A stretch of DNA of 63,381 nt, the filler included, from Reclinomonas americana ATCC 50394 (taxonomy: Eukaryota): the NCBI GenBank assembly GCA_048213135.1. It is 8 parts of 3 records of this genome, joined end to end, with 100 filler letters (N's around TTAATTAATTAA, not from the genome) between each part and the next. Parts side by side here need not be neighbours in the genome. Positions count along the whole stretch, not along the records: positions 9,376 to 27,830 come from PS015159.1; 7 more parts are not named here. One strand, given 5' to 3'. Both the position numbers and the translations under genes were made by a program. How positions within the stretch are numbered: position 1 is the stretch's first letter; the number at the start of each line of letters is the position of its first letter. The notes under the pieces are model-generated. The model saw only the letters and a program-made list of their open reading frames with translations. It did no database searches and was not told where the DNA came from. Below are positions 10,331-24,100 of the stretch, in pieces.

Positions 10331-10930
10331 CTGTGCAACCGTGGAGTGAGTAGGAAGAAGGAGAGTGACGAGGGAAGAGTGACGCGNNNNNNNNNNNNNN
10401 NNNNNNNNNNNNNNNNNNNNNNNNNNNNNNNNNNNNNNNNNNNNNNNNNNNNNNNNNNNNNNNNNNNNNNNNNNNNNNNNNNNNNNNNNNNNNNNNNNNN
10501 NNNNNNNNNNNNNNNNNNNNNNNNNNNNNNNNNNNNNNNNNNNNNNNNNNNNNNNNNNNNNNNNNNNNNNNNNNNNNNNNNNNNNNNNNNNNNNNNNNNN
10601 NNNNNNNNNNNNNNNNNNNNNNNNNNNNNNNNNNNNNNNNNNNNNNNNNNNNNNNNNNNNNNNNNNNNNNNNNNNNNNNNNNNNNNNNNNNNNNNNNNNN
10701 NNNNNNNNNNNNNNNNNNNNNNNNNNNNNNNNNNNNNNNNNNNNNNNNNNNNNNNNNNNNNNNNNNNNNNNNNNNNNNNNNNNNNNNNNNNNNNNNNNNN
10801 NNNNNNNNNNNNNNNNNNNNNNNNNNNNNNNNNNNNNNNNNNNNNNNNNNNNNNNNNNNNNNNNNNNNNNNNNNNNNNNNNNNNNNNNNNNNNNNNNNNN
10901 NNNNNNNNNNNNNNNNNNNNNNNNNNNNNN

Positions 10931-11440
10931 TACTCCAAGGTTGCGGTGGATGCCCGAACAGCGAATGCAGATGAAGCAGCCGTGGTTGATCGACGCCCAT
11001 CGTGGACCTGGTGAATGTGAGAGAGAGGAGTTATTTGTGCGCGTGTGAGCAAAGATCGGAAAACACATATTGATCATGTCACATATACATGGAGAGAGGC
11101 ACATGTATGTACAAGAAGAGAGAAGGCACGCGCTATCTGCTCTCTCTGTGTGTGAGTGCCTGTGTGACATGGCACGTGGCCATCATCAACTGACGCCAGC
11201 ACACTTGGGGAGGAGTGCGCGCGTGCGTTGCTCTCTCGCCCTCTCTTCTTTCTCCTCCTTCTTCCGCACGCACACACATACACACACAATCACACACACA
11301 TACAAAGAGAGACAGAGATGATGACGCTCACCCTTCGCGTTGCAATCAGCGCATACTTTGTTGTCTGGCTGAGTGAGCAGTGTGTTGAGGATGGCCGTGT
11401 GCTTCTTGTTCTGTTCCGGGGTATTCTTAAAGCGCGACAT
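10931..11440 (-). CDS. ArfGAP domain, N-terminal exons (SMAP/AGD5-like)
   Basis: [62 protein letters not shown], a canonical CxxC-x16-CxxC-x4-R ArfGAP finger. Confidence 0.92.
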
Positions 11441-11639
11441 CGTGAAACGATTGTGATGGAGGCCATAAGAGCCGTGCGGGACAAAGCTCGCGTGTGTCAA
11501 TTATATTAATTGTGCATCACCCCCTCCAGCTCGACTGCAAAGTGCTGTACCGTACCCCAAGTCCCGCGCACACTTCTGACCCTCATACAACACAATTCTG
11601 CACACTTTTCAATTGGGTTTCCGCAATTGCTTGGAAATC

Positions 11640-13196
11640 TCAGCGGCCGACACTGTGCGCTGCGTTCCGTACAACGCCGCCAGCTTGGGCGAAGCCGACT
11701 GCACAGAACCTGTGAGTGAGATGACTTGTACACCAATCCACAACTCTCATCCAAGACGCAACATGAACCAGCGAGCTTGCCGACGGCTGCAGCATGAGCG
11801 CCGAGAGTTTCTCCTCGGCGGCCATCAATCGCTGCAGACGCTGGCGAAGCCGCTCCTCGGCCTCCACCGCTTCGCTATTGTCGGCCGCCACCAGTCGCGG
11901 ACTCTGCTCACCATGACCACCACCACCACCTTGCAAGCGTTGTCGCGTCTCAGCCAGCGGATCGGTGCTGGCCAGCCGCACCGTCACCGACAGCAACTCG
12001 TCCAGTCGATTACTGCTCTGCGAAGGCAGAGGTGGCGACGCCGGCAGTGACATGGGCGATCCCGGCGATGCAGTCGACGAGGCGCCGCCGACCGACAGTG
12101 CCTGCGTCGGCGACGGAGGCTCCACCTGCCCCGACGACGATCCATCGGCGGCGGCGGCGGCCACTGCCGACAATCGCGGGCTCTCCATGACTGTCAGCTG
12201 AGCGATCTGCGCGCACTCGATCGATGATCAGAAGACTAGAGCGAGAGAACAACGACTGTGTGACGAACCCGTACGCTCTCCACCAGCGCAGACACGCGAC
12301 GTGTGGCCTCCTCGCCCTCGTCCAGTCGATGCCCAATGAGCTCCTTCAATCGTCGCAACTCGGCAATCCTACACACACACACCGCGGTCAGCTCTGGAGA
12401 AAGAGAGCGCGCGCGAGAAGATCTCGATTGATTGCGCGCACCGCTTCTCCAGTCCTCTTCTCCTCTGTGAGGTGCACGCGCTGTTTCGCGCATTCAACTC
12501 GCCCAACTTGCTCGATACACCCTGCTCACGCGCGCACGTGTGTGGCGTGAGTGAGAATGTGAGAATGTGAGAGAGCGGGCCCACACGTCACTCACCGTCA
12601 GTCCCTGATGGATCTCATCCTCCAGTGGTTTCTGATCGAGTTTCGTGCGCAGCCACTCGCCCTCCCACGCACGCAGCTCTCTTCTCAAGGCCTCCATTGG
12701 CGCTCACACACGCAACACAACGCACACTGACAGCGTGTCCCAAAGGACGCCCCTTCTTCTTTCTTTATATTACTTTGCACGTGCGAATGCTGACTGGCTC
12801 TGTCCGTGCTGTGATGCGCTCTGTTACGCATATGCACACTCTCTCTGTCTCCATCCGTCGCTGCATCACTCACACACACACGCGCCTGCACAGGTCACAC
12901 GAGCGATGCGAACACCCTCATCGATGCGCGTGTCACGAGGTCCTTCTCGACCGACCACAGCTCCCATGCCGCCTGCCTCCTCCTCCTCTTCCTCTTCCTC
13001 CTCTGCTGCTGCAGCCACGTCATCCACCTCCACTGCAACAATAACAGGCGCAGGTATATCATTATGCAAATGCACGTGCACTCACTCAGTCACTCACTCG
13101 ACAAGCAGCTTCATCGCGAGGTTTTGCAGTGCCGCGTCAACGAATGCCCTCTTCGTCGACAATGGGAGCAGGAGCTCGTCTTGCTCCTCGTCTGGT
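11640..13196 (-). CDS. Hypothetical coiled-coil protein (multi-exon, start uncertain)
   Basis: Exons MEALRRELRAWEGEWLRTKLDQKPLEDEIHQGL, IAELRRLKELIGHRLDEGEEATRRV and EAEERLRQRLQRLMAAEEKL, flanked by splice signals. Confidence 0.5.
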
Positions 13197-13448
13197 CAGT
13201 GGCGCCACTGCGTCGGCCATGCAGTCGCTGGTGCCGAATGTGTGGAATCTGTTCCCGACTTCCGGGCTGGGTTGGGATGATGACGGTACATAACGAGGGC
13301 TGGCCCTTCTTTTTTTTTTCTATCTTTTGCTTGTTAGATCGACAACAATCAAGACGACTTGTTTTCTCTCGTTCTCTGTTCTCTGTGGGGGTGTATTGAA
13401 GAGAGACAGCGACGGTGGAAAAAACACACTGGATTACACTATTCATTA

Positions 13449-16400
13449 TTATCTCTTGACCGGCATGGCACTCCACGGTGAGCGAATGGCATCGTTCCAG
13501 CGGGAGCTCTGCAGGGAGGTGGAGATGTTGCCGATGGAGGTGCCGGTCAGTGACGGTACGCAGGTGCTCGTGCCGCGGGCGCTGAGGTTGCCGGGGTTGT
13601 GAGCGCTGAGAATGGACATGGTGGCACTGGCGGCCGTGCCGACGCTGGAGCGTGACGGTAGAGGCACAGTGGAGCTGGTGCTGCTGCTGCTGGCGCGCGC
13701 AGAGAGCGGCACGTGCACGAGCGTGTCGCCGCTCTTGTACATGTCGCTCAGCTGGGCCATTGCGTTCGCCAGTGTGTGTCGCGTGGAGCCGGCAGCAGAG
13801 AAGGCGGTCGATGCGGTTGCGCTGTCGCTAAAGTTGGTGGTGCCGCCGCGAGATGGCGCCATCAAGCGCGGAATCACTGGAAGTGCCTTGCGTGACGGTG
13901 TGGTAATGGTGGTTGTTGGTGCTGCCGAGCTCGGGGCGCTGGCCTCGAGCATGTTGGGTGGGGCGCTGCTGGCCGAGCCACCATCGCCCTCCGAGTCCAT
14001 ATCCGAATCCGATGGTGGGGCACATGGTGACGCGGGCGCCGTCATGGACGGCACCTGATTAAAGGCTGCGGCTGCGGCCGCCAAGCGACTGCCGCCGTGG
14101 GCAGTGGCCGGCGAGTTGACACCCGTCGTCGTCGTGTTCGAGCTGCGATTCGAAGAGCGCTGGCTCGTCTCGCTGCCGAAGCTCGTGTCGACAAAGTAGT
14201 TTTCCTGCACGGCATTCGGCGCCGCCATGCTCGCCAGTGGTGCTCGGCGAGCAAATCGCCCAAAGCTCTTGGAGGGCGACGGTGGCAGCGGGCAGTCGAG
14301 AGCCGTCGGGAAGAAGAAAGATGTGGGTGCCGCGGGTGCTCGGGGCGTGTGCACTGCGGTTTCGTTTTCTGCATCATCGAGGGTTGAGTGCAAAAAGCAA
14401 GGACTTGACGTTTTTTTCTGTGTTGTTCACGAAACTGCCAACCACGTGCGCCACCGCCACTGTGTGACGCAGCGCCTTGCCGAAAATGGCCTCGTCGTTC
14501 AGCGCCGAGATGCGTGCCGCCTTGATCATTTCGCGCAGTCGGTGAATCTCGTTCTCCATCTCGCCCATCTCTTGCAGCAGGCTGGCCTCCTTGAACTCCC
14601 ACTGCAAGTTGGTCTGTCGGAAGCGATCTCGTTCGCTCATCAACGAGGCACGCAGATGCTCCATCCTGCACATTGGCGACTGTCAGCCACACACACAAAC
14701 AGGAGAGAAGCGCTTCAAGTTCTCTTTGAAATGGCACGCAACTCGGACTGCATCTGCGCAGTGGCAGCGTTGAATTGCTCCTTGGCGGTTGCCGCCGAGC
14801 GCTGCTCTCGGTGCATCTGATCCTGTGCGCCAATCACCTCCAGCCGCAACTTGCCGGCCTCGCGCTCCAGTCGCTGCATCTCCTCGGCGCTCTTGACCAG
14901 CTCGTCCGACTTGTGTCGCAGGAAAATGTTGGCACTGCAGCCAAAAGAGGCATGATGAGTTCATGAATCAAGCACACGGGGTAGTAGGGGAACACGAAAC
15001 TTGTGCAACAACTCCTCCTTGTCGCGCAGAATGCGCTCCTGGTAGCCGGCTTGCTCGCGCAGCAAACGCAGTTCCGTCTCCATGTCGGACTCGGTCTGCG
15101 TATCGCTGCTGGTGATGTCGACGCGGCCGAGCTTGTGGCGCCACAACTCGTCGCGCACATCCTGCTCGCGTGTCGCCGCCTCGGCCAGCTTCACCTTCAA
15201 GTGGTCCTCCAGCAGTCGTCGCAAGCGCAACTCGGTCTGCTTCTGCGCCGTCTCCATCTTCTCCGCGTGCGATCGTCGCTGATTCTCCAGCTCCACCTCG
15301 TGCGCCACACGGCATCTCCTCAACGCCTCGGTGAACTCTTCGCGCAAGAAGACCACCTTGGAGGAGAAGGCCTCGTGCTGCTTGTCCCACGTGCGTCGGA
15401 ACATCTCCGCCAGCGTGTCACTCATGTCGCGATTCGACTTCTCCACCACAGCATGCAGCGACTGGCTCAGCGCCTGGTTCTTCTCCGCAAACTGCTGCAT
15501 CTCCATCTCCAGCGAGTCTTTCATGTCCACGTACACAGTCGACAGCGCCGACATGAGCGAGGCGTGCCGTCTGTCGAGCGTCTGCACCATCTTGTTGACG
15601 TTGTCCGTGACGGCGTTCAGCTGCTTGCTGCACACCGAGCGCAGCATTTCCACACCCGTGTGCCATGGAATGCGCTCCGGCTCGTCGCCAATATTTATCG
15701 TCTCCAGCAGGCCAGCCCAGTCGGGCGGCAGCTGCAGTGGCTCCAAATACGGGGACACTCGCACGGCCTGCGAAACAGAAGCGAATGAGCCAAACAGCCA
15801 CAAAAAAAGGAAGAGCATCTCAAATCCACCCACGCAACTACAGTTGGCGTCGGGGCAACCGACTGCTTCTTGTGCTTTCGGAAAAAGCTCCAACGACGCG
15901 TCACAATGACACTGCCCTTGCGTGCCATTGGCACATCCTGTCCATCCTCCGCCGATCTATCCTCTCCTCCCGCAGCCGCTGTGGGCGTCGTCGCGGTGGC
16001 AACATCGACAGCCGCCGTCGCCACTGCCGACTTTGGCGGCGACGCCTTGGGCTTGGCGTGCTTCGCCCTTCCCGTGCCAGTGGCGGACGTCGTCGTCGTC
16101 GCCGCCGTCGCCGCTGTCTGCGCCGTCTTGACGTGTCTCGGCGTCTTTGGCGACGGCTTCTTTGGCGACGGCTTCTTGTTGTGCGCAGCAGCGGCGGCGA
16201 CCACCGCCGGTCGCGCCGGAGACTCACCCCGTTCGCTCTCCTGCTGCACATCGTCCATGTCCAGCGGCTGCATCGAGCGCTGACTCATCATGGCCGCCGC
16301 GGCGACCATGGACGGTCTCCGCTGCAGTGGCACCTGCTCGCGTTGACCACAACTGGCACCACCATCACCATGACCCGTACCCGGACTGCCGCTCATGTGC

Positions 16401-16594
16401 ATGGGAGGCATGGTGAGGACGGCCAGTGAGACGCGTCGCCGTGCGGTCCCACACGCAATGGCGGCGGCAGTGGGGCCGCGAAGCAGGTTGCTGCGAGCAG
16501 GTGCCGCCGGAAGTGGACTCGGCAGTGAGAAGCTCGGGCTCATCGTCATCACCGTGCTGCCCTCCGAGGGCGATGAGTCACCGGCGGTGCTCAT
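13449..16594 (-). CDS. Hypothetical large coiled-coil protein with Ser/Pro-rich termini
   Basis: ORFs 15695-16756, 14961-15893, 14374-14673 and 13449-14393 are linked by short introns; long heptad-rich central region. Confidence 0.65.
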
Positions 16595-16777
16595 TCCTCC
16601 AGTGCCAGTGTGTGTGCTGGTGCTGTGCTGGTGCTGTGCTGTGCTGACAACTGAATTTTTCTTTCTCCTCTCGCACTCCCCGCAAACAACCAACGACTTT
16701 CGGCACGAAAAACGGATTTCTTGCCGGACACTCGGACATTTAATTGCTCCGACCAATTGTCTCTCTCTCTCTTTCTC

Positions 16778-18074
16778 TCACTTGATGTACTTCTCGAGGA
16801 ACTTGCGGTGGAAGTCGGAGCGGATGGTGTCATTGATGAAGCGCTTGCGCTTGCGATCCGGTTCGCCGCGTGTTTGGTTCTTGAACAGCACGTCGTCGTC
16901 CCACCTGTTTTGCAATCAATCAACAATCAACAATCAATGAAACCAATCTCGGCGACGGGTCGAGGCCTTGCTTATTTCCGCGTACCGTCGCTTAATGGCG
17001 TATGACTTGTCGACGGCGTGTGCCAGCAGCGGGTTGCCGAGCAGCACGGCTTCCTCTCGCTCGCGATTGGCCTTGTCTTGCGCCTCTCGTTCCTGCGGCA
17101 CACAAAAGGTCAGCGAAAGAAGTATGGCCAGTGGTGACACACACAGCAAGCAGCAGCAGCAGTGCATGCCTTTTTCATCGCCTCCTCTGCTCTCTCCTTG
17201 CGAATGGCCTCGAGTTGTCGCATCAGCTCCTCATCATCATCGTCATCGTCGTCGTCGTCATCGTCCGACGAAGACGACGATGAGTCGCCCGATTCACTCT
17301 CAATGTCCTCGTCGCGATCCTCGTCATCCACGCCCGTCGGCAGCCCCGGTGCTGGTCCCGACGCCGGCTTGCGCGCTGCGGCCTTCTCCTCGCCCTCATC
17401 CTCGTCCTCCATCTCCTCGTCTTCGCCACCAGCAGGCTCGTCCTCTTTACGCACGCACTCGTGAGAGTCAACGTGCACACAGTGTGCACACGCAGACACT
17501 AACCAATGGCACCGCCCAGCTCCTTCTTGCGCTTCTCCTCAAAGTGCTTGCGCTCGCGCTGCTGCAGCGACTGCTTCAGGTCATCCTTGCTGGCCGCCGC
17601 AGTGGGGAAGTGGCTGTGCGTGGAGAGCGTGAGCAGCAGGCTGCAGTCAATCACAAGCATCTCTCTCACTGTCTCACCGCTTCTTCATCTTGGTGAAGCC
17701 GGTGACGTTCTTGGCCGAGAGCATTCGCGATGGAACGTGCCAGCGATAGCCGCCCTCTGTGCAAGACACACCCCATCATTGTCAGCGGTGAGAGAGGGAG
17801 AGAAAGTCCACTCTGACATTGAACACATGCGAGATGAGATGTGAAGGGAGAGAGAGACGCAACGCTCATTGCCGCCCATGGCCTGTGTGTGACGAAAAGA
17901 GATACACACAGAGTCAGTGTGAGAGTGAGGACGAGGGAGAGAGCGCGCGCGCTTGTGTGGCCACGCAACGGCGTTGAATGTCGGTCTGCAATCACGTGCC
18001 CGTGTGTGTGAGTGACAGACATGTCCACAGCAACGCGTGTGAAGAGAGCGCCCTCACCTGTGCGCTGTCGTCAT
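16778..18074 (-). CDS. CWC15: Spliceosome-associated protein CWC15
   Basis: MTTAHR|PTFNA|AMGGNE|..[16 protein letters not shown], an acidic stretch then [20 protein letters not shown], and [35 protein letters not shown]. Confidence 0.95.
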
Positions 18075-18137
18075 TCGCTCGTCTCCTCTCTGTCGCACCC
18101 ACACACCCACAACAAAGCACAACTTAAATTTTCATTT

Positions 18138-21100
18138 TCATTCCTGCTGATCATCATGGTGTCCCTCGTGCCACTCAATCAGCGTCAGCACATCGAAACG
18201 CGAAGTGGAAGTTGGTCGAGGCGGGCGTATCGATGCTCTGGGTTGTGGAGGCGGTGGAGGCGGAGGCGGAGGAGGCGTCGGTGCAACGACAACTGCAACC
18301 TGCGGCACGGCCGGTGGAGTTGGCGCAAGTCTGGTGGCCGTGGACGGGGCGACTGCTGCCGATGGTGTCTCGAACAGCGACAGTGCGTCGAAACGGCGCA
18401 CGGGCACGGTGGTGGTGGACGGTGGACGCGATGCGGCAGCCGGCAGTGGCACCGGTGTCGGCGAGGCCACGGACTGGGGCGGCGACATGGGTTGCGGCAG
18501 CCGCTGTACCGGTACTGCTGCTGCTGCTGTTGCTGCGGTTGGCGGCGGCGGTGGCGGTGCAACGTCGAGAAGCGCCAGTGCGCTGTACGGCGAGAGGCGT
18601 GGCGGTGGACCGGCCACGACGCGCGGTGGCGCGATCTTGGACACGGCCGGTCGCTGCAGCACGGGTGGAGTTGGAGGCGGTGGTGGCTGGGCGATGCGCG
18701 GCGCGTCCACAAGCATGGCAGTCGGGGTCGGAGGCACATGGTGATCGTCGCCCGCGCCGTCACTACTTTCGACCAGCGCAAAGGCGCTCAACGGGTCCTC
18801 CAGCGCGTCGCGAAGCCGCCGCTGTTCATCGCTTCTGTCGACGGCGGTGTTGCGACTGNNNNNNNNNNNNNNNNNNNNNNNNNNNNNNNNNNNNNNNNNN
18901 NNNNNNNNNNNNNNNNNNNNNNNNNNNNNNNNNNNNNNNNNNNNNNNNNNNNNNNNNNNNNNNNNNNNNNNNNNNNNNNNNNNNNNNNNNNNNNNNNNNN
19001 NNNNNNNNNNNNNNNNNNNNNNNNNNNNNNNNNNNNNNNNNNNNNNNNNNNNNNNNNNNNNNNNNNNNNNNNNNNNNNNNNNNNNNNNNNNNNNNNNNNN
19101 NNNNNNNNNGAGCTGGGCGAACAGGAAGGGCGGGGAGTGACGGCAGGTAGACCACGGCGGCCGACGACGTCGGTGGCGAATGTGTGGCTTCTTGTTCGGC
19201 CGGCTCCGTAAAGTTGTACTCCAGCAGCGTGACCGAGTTGATGGGATCAAGTTCTGGTGCCGGAGATCGCACCGACTGACGCGCGACGTTGGAGGAGGTC
19301 CACAAGGGAGGCGAGGGAGATGACAGCACCAGTGTCGCCTGCTGTTGTTGCACCAGCGGAGGGGATGGGGCCGGCGACGGTTGACGGGGGAACGAGAAAT
19401 TGTCGACGTAGACTTCCTCCTGTTGCAACTTTTGATCGGTCTCGAAGAGTGCGACGGCGTTGAACGGATCCATTGGCTCGTCGGCATCGTCCACCAGAGG
19501 CACCGATGTCGCCAGTGGCACAGATAGCGACGAATACGCCAACTGCTGCGGTGTAGGCACAGCAAAGACACTCGGCGAGATCACAGCTGCCGGTGGCAGC
19601 TGCGATGGACGCTCCACTAGCTCCAGGGCACCATAATCGTTGTTGTTGTCGTCGTCACCGCCAGTGCCTGCGGCGGCGATCTCGGATTCCAACTGCTCGG
19701 CCGGAGCTGCAGCGGCAGCAGCGGCGGCGGCAGCATTGACGGCCGCAGCCGCAGCCGCAGCAGCTGTCGCCAGTGCAGCGGCCCGCTGCTTTTCCACGCG
19801 CTGACGCAGCGCCTCCAGCACGGAATCCTGCGCCGGTGGCGGCGGCGGTGGCAACATCACAAGCGGTGGTGACTGATTTGGTGGCGGCAAGGGCGGTGGA
19901 GTCAGTGGCAGCAGTATCGGCGACCTGTCCAGCTGCTGCTGTTGCTGCTGCTGCTGGTGCTCCTTGTCGTCGTCGTATCGCGAGGCCAGCGAGCTGGAGC
20001 TCTGGGCCGACGACGGCCGTGAAGAGTGATCGGTGATAAGATCGACCATCTTGGGCGGCTCAAAGGCCTCTATCACCTTGCCCGGGAACGATGGTCGTGC
20101 CTGCTCCAAAGCATGAGAAAGCGTGAGACGTGTGTGTGTGGTACTGTACAACGCAAAAGACTGGTGATGCACGCACCAGGGCCTTGGGATCGTTGATCGG
20201 CACAATCTGCTGCATCAAGAGGCTCTCGGCTGCGCGCTTCTGACGCCGTCTTCGGCGCACCAGCCACACGGCGAATACCAGCCCACACAAGAGGAAAAAG
20301 GCACCACCGGCCGCCCCGATGATCCACCACGACCCGAACACGCTGGCCACCACCGACGTGGTCGGTCCGACTGGCGTGCCCGAGAACGAGAACGGGTTGC
20401 TGACGGCGCGCACCGACGGCACATCCGCGTCGACGATTTCCACCTGCAACGCACTTTGGTGTCAGCATCACTCTCTCGCTCCCTCCGTGACATGGGCGGC
20501 GTGATTGCACGCACCTGGAACTGACGACTCTGTGTTTGGAACGAAGGGTCCAGACGCCAGAAAACCTCATTGGTCAGCGGATCAGTAGTGTCGGCTACGG
20601 CACGACACGCGCAAGTCAGGCATAACTGTACTGGAGGAACACACGCACACAAACACCGGAAACTGACCTGCAGTCAGGTGGATTCGCGCATTCGAATCGC
20701 ACACAGCCGTCGTATTGTAGCCAACGATCCAGAAACGCTGATTCAAGCTCGACGAGGCCACGATCGACAAGCCGCCCGCCGTGACTGCGTATGCGAGCAT
20801 AAGCATCCCCTCAAAAAGAACTGAAGGCACACATCCACCACGAAACTGGTGGGAACCCGACTCTCTGCCGACGCGAGCTGCGTGCCGGGTCCGTCGATTT
20901 GGTGCAGCAGCACATGCGCACGCTTCATAGCTGCACGAGTGCAGCGGAACTGCACTGACTGCTGCACGGCGACGGTTACCACTGGCATGGGTTGATCGAG
21001 ATCCACCAGCGACACTTGACGGTACGTCAAGCCGTACGTGGCGCCGACTGTCGTGTAATTCGTCCGCGCGTCCACCAACTCCAAATACACAGTGTCGGTG

Positions 21101-24100
21101 TCGTTGCTGTTTGCACCGCGATCCACGTCCACCGACGTCCACCTGCGCCACAAATACGACATTTAGCGCATCAAGTACGAGCACACAATCATGTGACAGT
21201 ATGCGCGTCGACTGACCGCACGAGATTGTTGCCGCTGTCGTCGACTCCACACCGCGCCGGCACGTCGAGTGCCACAGCAAAGCGCTCCACACCTCGCCGC
21301 AAGTATACATGCACACGTTCGATCACTGTCGACCAGCAGCGCCAGCTGAATACGGCGGGCTCGTGCGACGCCAGCAACGCGCCCGTCAGCGGTGAAATCA
21401 CCGACAGTGGCGACGACAAGATCGGAAATGTCTCCGACTGCGCCGGCACCACGTACGTTGGTCGGTTCGAATCTGTGACCACCAGGTACGCTTGCTGTGC
21501 GACGCGAGCGTTGCGCGATGAAGGCGTCCAGCGCGTCGACACCGGCCTCATGGTTGGTGAGCAGGTCACGGAGAGGGAGCGAGCAATCGTAGCCACCACG
21601 CTGGTCCCTTCGTACACCACCGCATCCACAGCCGTGGTCTGTGGATCGTTGCACGTGAACTGAAGAATAGTGGAGGTGTAGTTGAAAAAGAGCATTCGTG
21701 ACGCGGCCGACAAAGGCAACAGCGAAATGGCCGACTCTGTGCGGCGGCGACGGCGAGCAAGTCAGTAAATGGGCGGTGAGTGGCGACGTGCGCATCACTA
21801 ATCACCTTGAATGTAGAACGAGTCGGTGACGTTGGTGAGACCGCGCACCGAGTCCGTGACACGCATCTGGTAACGCAGCGTGGTGTTGGTCACCGCCGTC
21901 GGTCGCCAGGTGATGGTCGCTTGCGCCCCAGCGCTGCCATCGCAAGTGGCTCCCAGCGAGGCTACGGTGAAGCGCATGAGGGCAGAGGAACACAAAGAGA
22001 GAGATATAAATATGTGCAAGATGTCGCTTCGTACTCACAAGCAATCGCCACAGCCGAGTTGTCCACACCGACAGCTTCCAGCACCACATCAAATGAGGCA
22101 GCACGCGACGCCAGACCCGGATAGTCGCACTTCCACTGCAGAGAGTATGGCTGGCCGACATACACTGTTGGTGGGTACACTTCGGCGCCCATGGCACGCG
22201 GCTCAAAGGCCAGCGACGGAGCTACGGTAGAAGATTGGATCCAGAATTTAGCGCGCAGATCAAGAGCGACGACGACACATGAAGAGTGACGACGCACTCT
22301 GAAAGGTGAACGCAGTGGTGCGCACAAACGCTTGCGGCACATTGTCATCGCTCAGTTGCAGCAGATAGGTGGTTGTGGGAGGCGATGGTGCTGGCATGCT
22401 CCACACCCACGTGGGAAGAGGCGTCAAGTTCGAGCACGTGAACGGAGTCACCAGGCCAAAGTCTTGCACGGTGCGCAGGGTCGACGCATCCAACAAGGTC
22501 ATGCGGGCATAGCTGATGAGCGGGTTCGGTTGGCAGCCGTATGAGATGCTCACCGGGACGCCGGCAAGCAGCACCGCCGGCACAGACGGCGTTGGCATGA
22601 AGAGTGTGGCTGCGTACCACCACCACAAGTGTGAGGCGACGACGGTAAACAGCAAGAAGCTCGTCCAATGCGGCGACGCAACGAGTGACGATAAAGCTCG
22701 CCGTCGTGTAGCGCACACTTGGCAGTGCCACGTCGGAGAGCTCCAGTCGATACGTTGACGAGGGCACGTTGGGCATCAGCACCGTCAGCAGCGTTCCCGC
22801 CGGCACTGTGGCCGAGCCGCATTGTACGCGAGTGCTGGCAAAGATGGTGCTGGTCACGACTCCTGTGCCAACGTCGACCAGATCCAGTCGTGCATTCTGC
22901 GCGGCACTCAGCCGGCACTGCACCATCACCGAGTACGTGTAAAACGGGAATGCACGACCGCCGACCGTCGGAGGGAACGGAGTGTTGACATCGACAGACA
23001 GACGGTCTGTGTCGCATGTGTGAATCGCCAAGCCGTAAGAATAGGAAGGAGGCACTGAGAAAAACAACAAGCACTCACCGACAATCACCAGCGGCGAGCT
23101 GCTAGACGTGACACCGACGGCGTCGTTGACCGTAATGACGGTGTTGGCGGAGGGAGCTGTCGGCGTCCACGTGAGCGTGCTGACAGCGGCGCCGACTGCG
23201 CACACGCCGGCCATGGTACCCAGCGGCACGCCATTGGCTGTGACAGTGAGCGGGGCCGATGTGGGCGAGTTGCATGTGGCTTGAATGGTAATCGGAACGC
23301 CGGTCACCGACACCGCCAGGTTCAATGGCAGCAGCGACAGCGAGACGGCTGTGCAGGCACGCGTCAGTGGAACATAGAATATGGGAGAACGGAGCACAGC
23401 AAGTTGGACTGGCACGCAACCAGGAATGGTGAATGGCGCACTGGTGTCGACCAGGAAGGTGCGCATGGGATCGACAATCTGCATCACTACCAGTGAACAA
23501 GCTTGACCGCGAGCAATACACACTCATTCTCTCTCAACACACACCTGGAACTGCACTGCAGGATCGGCAAACGCACGAGGCACTGTCCACTGCGCTGCAC
23601 CTGCGGTGGCCGCCACACTGGCCGCCATAAAGCTGACACCAGCACTTGGCAACACCCACAACTCCACCACAGTCGTCAGCGCCGAGTCTCCGACAACAAA
23701 GGACACCGTCACCACGCTGCCTGGTGACAGCGGTATCGGCGCCACGTTCACCAAGGACAGCAAGCCGGCCACCACATACACAGTACTGCTCTGTGCGGCA
23801 ACGCTGGCATTCCGGGCGTCGCGGACAATAATCACTGCCGCACCCACCGGGAAATTGCTCGGCACAGTCCACGAAGCAGTACCTGCGCCGGCGCACGCCA
23901 CTCCGCTGGCCACTGCGCTCCCCGAAGGAGTCGACGACACGGCCGTGGGTGCCAGCGTCACTTGCGTAACGGCAACCACCTCGATCGGCCCGACGGCGCC
24001 GTTGGCTCCATCGCACACCCAGTTGATGGTCAGCACGGAACCGTATTGAATCACCAAGGAGCTGGTGGTGACGCTGCTGACTGTAGGCAGCACGGCAATG

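Noticed and set aside
10202-11170. ORF fusing the ArfGAP finger to DDEVDALL.. across the N gap
   Set aside because: The continuity is an artefact of Ns; the distal exon fits the NusG-like gene better.
11010-11330. Possible snoRNA in the longer ArfGAP intron (TGATGA present on minus)
   Set aside because: No convincing D box, terminal stem or rRNA complementarity could be seen by eye.
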